The position numbers and the translations under genes are program-made. 27,191 nt of DNA from a virus. Its lineage: Duplodnaviria; Caudoviricetes. The stretch is from IMG/VR virus record IMGVR_UViG_3300020215_000128, positions 1 to 27,191 of that record. The stretch is one strand, 5' to 3'. The notes below the pieces were generated by a model. It worked only from the letters and a program-made list of their open reading frames with translations, searched no databases and was not told the DNA's origin. Below are positions 24,870 through 27,191 of this stretch, in pieces. The stretch's first letter is position 1, and each line of letters starts with the position of its first letter.

Positions 24870-26570
24870 TCAGCCGATCATGGCCATCACGTTGTAGGCG
24901 TTCGCGGCCGTTGGATTCCGGCTCATCAGCATTGCTGCGTTGAACAGCGCGATCACCGGATCGATCTTGGCCTTCCCAGCGGTTTGTTTCGTCACGTAGA
25001 CGTTGTTCCCGCGGGTCTCTGCTTTGGCGTTCCCAACACTCCAAGCCATCAGGGCTTGCCCGCCATGCTTGAACGTCCCGTCCTTCAGCTTCCGCGGCAC
25101 TCCGGCCACAGCGCTGTTGAGGCGCCAGCCCTGCTGAACTGCCACGATTTGAGCCTTCTCGCCCTCAGTGGTGAAGCCACGGTGCGTTAGCTCGTCTACA
25201 ATGGCCGTGATGCCCGCGGCATCGACACCAATCGCGTGTTGGTCCGGTAGAAGCTCGGCATCGCGAACCATCTCAACGATGTCCGCCACGCCCTCCACGT
25301 CCTGAGTGGGTTCCTGACAAATCGTCAGCTCACCCGCCCTCTCGAAATCCTCTAGCGTCTGGGCAATCTCTTTCCGGCGCTCCAGAACATCCGGGTGAGC
25401 CCAGGCATGGCCCCAGTGCAGCCACTTCTGGGTTTCCTTGCATCGCCCAAGCACGGCGAGCCCGAGCAAGTCATCCAACCCGCCGCCGTCGACACCAACA
25501 ACCGCGACCTCTGAGCGCCGAAGCAATTCCTCCAGTGAGGCAAGCTCTGGGACGGTTGCCGCAAGCCAGTGCTTCACACCTGGCCAAGCGTCGTTTCGAA
25601 GCGCCAGGCCAATCTCAACATTGAAATGCTGAGAAGCCAGCAGGGCCAAAGCCTCAGCCCCGGATCTCTCTGCGACCGTCAGTTCGTTCCGCAGAAAGTC
25701 GATGCTTACCGACTGTCCAAGGTTCGGGTTGACCAGCCGCCAAGTGGCTTCGTTCCTCCAGTCCTCTCGGATATCTTCCGGCAGCTCGTACAGGACTGCG
25801 AGCCTTGCCGGGTTCAGTTCGATCTTGCCGTCGCGAATGTCACGCGCCAGCGCCAACTCCTGCTTGAACACCCCCGCTGGCGGCTCTTTCGACTGCGTGG
25901 TGATCTGGATGAGGAAGCCATCCGGCCGCGCCGCCAGAGCGCCCCTCACCTCCACAAATACCGCCGCCGCATTCGACTTCTTCGCAAACTCGTGCGTCTC
26001 GTCGATCAGCGTGTAAGTCGCCTTGCCTCCCGTGATCGCGTCGGTGTCGGCTGCCTTGATCTGCAGCGTGGCGCTCGTCACCCGGTCCTTGATCGTCCGA
26101 GTGTGCTCCTGGATGTGAAACTTCTTCTTGAGCTCGTCGTCGGCCCGAATGATCCCAGCCGCCTGGCTGAACGAGATATTCGCAATCTGCTTCGTCGGCG
26201 CGATTAACAGCGCCTCAGCCTGCGGGCGCTCGTTCATAATCATCGCAACCATCATGATCGCCGCAGCGCCAGATGACTTGCTGTTCTTCTTCGGCACCAA
26301 CAGGAACAGTTCCTGAATCAGCCGAACCCGCGTTTCCGGATCATAAGACCCGAACAGCACGCCGACTAACTCTCGGAGCCAATCCCGCATCGCGTCCCGA
26401 TTCAGCGGTTGGCCGTGAACATCGGGAATGCGGAGTCGGTCGAATATCCTTATCGCCTTCGCCCGCTGATCCTCGAACAGCGGCAAATCGTCAGGGATAA
26501 GCGATCGACCATCCCGGATTCTGTCTTCCCAGTCCGGAACGGCTGTGCTCCAGCCTGGGCGGTAGGCCAT
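24870..26570 (-). CDS. terL: Terminase large subunit
   Basis: Walker A-like LVPKKNSKS, Walker B LIDETH, nuclease VGVDGGGLDDL, C-terminal KIDPVIA. Confidence 0.95.
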   Translation of the reverse strand: MAYRPGWSTAVPDWEDRIRDGRSLIPDDLPLFEDQRAKAIRIFDRLRIPDVHGQPLNRDAMRDWLRELVGVLFGSYDPETRVRLIQELFLLVPKKNSKSSGAAAIMMVAMIMNERPQAEALLIAPTKQIANISFSQAAGIIRADDELKKKFHIQEHTRTIKDRVTSATLQIKAADTDAITGGKATYTLIDETHEFAKKSNAAAVFVEVRGALAARPDGFLIQITTQSKEPPAGVFKQELALARDIRDGKIELNPARLAVLYELPEDIREDWRNEATWRLVNPNLGQSVSIDFLRNELTVAERSGAEALALLASQHFNVEIGLALRNDAWPGVKHWLAATVPELASLEELLRRSEVAVVGVDGGGLDDLLGLAVLGRCKETQKWLHWGHAWAHPDVLERRKEIAQTLEDFERAGELTICQEPTQDVEGVADIVEMVRDAELLPDQHAIGVDAAGITAIVDELTHRGFTTEGEKAQIVAVQQGWRLNSAVAGVPRKLKDGTFKHGGQALMAWSVGNAKAETRGNNVYVTKQTAGKAKIDPVIALFNAAMLMSRNPTAANAYNVMAMIG

Positions 26571-27130
26571 CAGTTTACAGCGTGCGGCCCGAGATCATCG
26601 CCCCACTCAGTCCCAACGCCAGCCGACTTTGCATCTTCATGGGCCTGGGCCTTCTTTCCCTCTGGGGAGCCTGACTCCACGAGCGTTTTGAAGGCAGCAG
26701 CCAAAGCCTTGATGCTGTTGGCACGGCTGGGAAGCGAAACGGCTTTCAGCATCGCTTGGCGGCGGCGGTCGTCCCGATCTCCAGCCGTATCGCTGTCAAT
26801 AATTTCTTCCATCTCCCCCACACGGGAGGTTGTGACATCGAGTTCATCGAGCATCCGGAAGATCAGGTTTCGTCCCTTCCCGACGATCTCCTCAACTTTC
26901 GTCGGAAGCTCATGAGCCATCGCCGGACGGGGCTCAATACGCATCAGGGGCGCAGGCTTTGGTGGCGCGTACTCACTGCGTACCCAGCCCTCGGCCTTAG
27001 CCCGCTTTCGGATTGCACCCTCTGAGATAGAATACCACGCCGCCAGTTCGCGGTTGGACATCCTTCCTTCTGAGAAATCAGCCTGAATGGCAGGCCAGTC
27101 GATCTTCTGCTTCTTCGCAGCATTGGTCAT
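26570..27130 (-). CDS. terS: Terminase small subunit
   Basis: N-terminal HTH (DWPAIQADF..SNRELAAWYSISEGAIRKRAKAEGW), C-terminal GKKAQAHEDA. TGATG coupling to terL. Confidence 0.85.
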   Translation of the reverse strand: MTNAAKKQKIDWPAIQADFSEGRMSNRELAAWYSISEGAIRKRAKAEGWVRSEYAPPKPAPLMRIEPRPAMAHELPTKVEEIVGKGRNLIFRMLDELDVTTSRVGEMEEIIDSDTAGDRDDRRRQAMLKAVSLPSRANSIKALAAAFKTLVESGSPEGKKAQAHEDAKSAGVGTEWGDDLGPHAVN

Positions 27131-27191
27131 TTCTGTGCTCCGAAGTACGCACCCCGCGCTCTACAGCCCTGAAAAAATCCGCGCGTGGGGA

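Larger units (their letters stand above)
1095..27191 (-). mobile_element. Phage/prophage late (packaging, head, tail, lysis) operon
   Basis: Contiguous co-oriented, translationally coupled virion and lysis genes. Boundaries and att sites are not visible. Confidence 0.95.

Noticed and set aside
24853-25044. N-terminal extension of the 711-aa capsid ORF
   Set aside because: Overlaps the terL 3' end. The SD-supported start is ATG 24852.
1095-27191. Gene transfer agent cluster
   Set aside because: Only the spike-base/fibre resemblance is GTA-like. The long tape measure, morons, gene order and linked lysis cassette fit a phage.

Overview
A 27-kb, GC-rich segment of a tailed dsDNA phage or prophage with a siphovirus-type tail. 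The host is probably an alphaproteobacterium (Sphingomonadaceae-like), which is an inference. Almost the whole window is one minus-strand late operon. In transcription order: terminase small and large subunits, fused prohead protease/HK97-fold capsid, small protein, portal, collagen-like protein, RcGTA-type head-spike base, head-tail joining genes, tail tube, tail chaperones joined by a -1 frameshift, a lipoprotein moron, a 1787-aa tape measure, one tail-tip protein, tail fibre plus chaperone, a polyproline-linked beta-helix fibre, a second beta-helix protein, and an expanded lysis cassette (membrane proteins, holin, GH19 endolysin, YegP/DUF1508, HExxH protein, overlapping spanins). The left 1.1 kb is a convergent plus-strand accessory region. 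Its most striking non-gene signal is a pair of inverted 84-nt multi-hairpin elements with compensatory base changes (154-237 and 467-550) that bracket a short coding core like a cassette. Other notable signals: a candidate pseudoknot next to the tail-chaperone RBS, a 12-codon minigene coupled to the polyproline fibre, and a leaderless lipoprotein moron. No integrase, tRNA or CRISPR array was seen. Protein calls come from motif recognition and synteny only, not from database searches.
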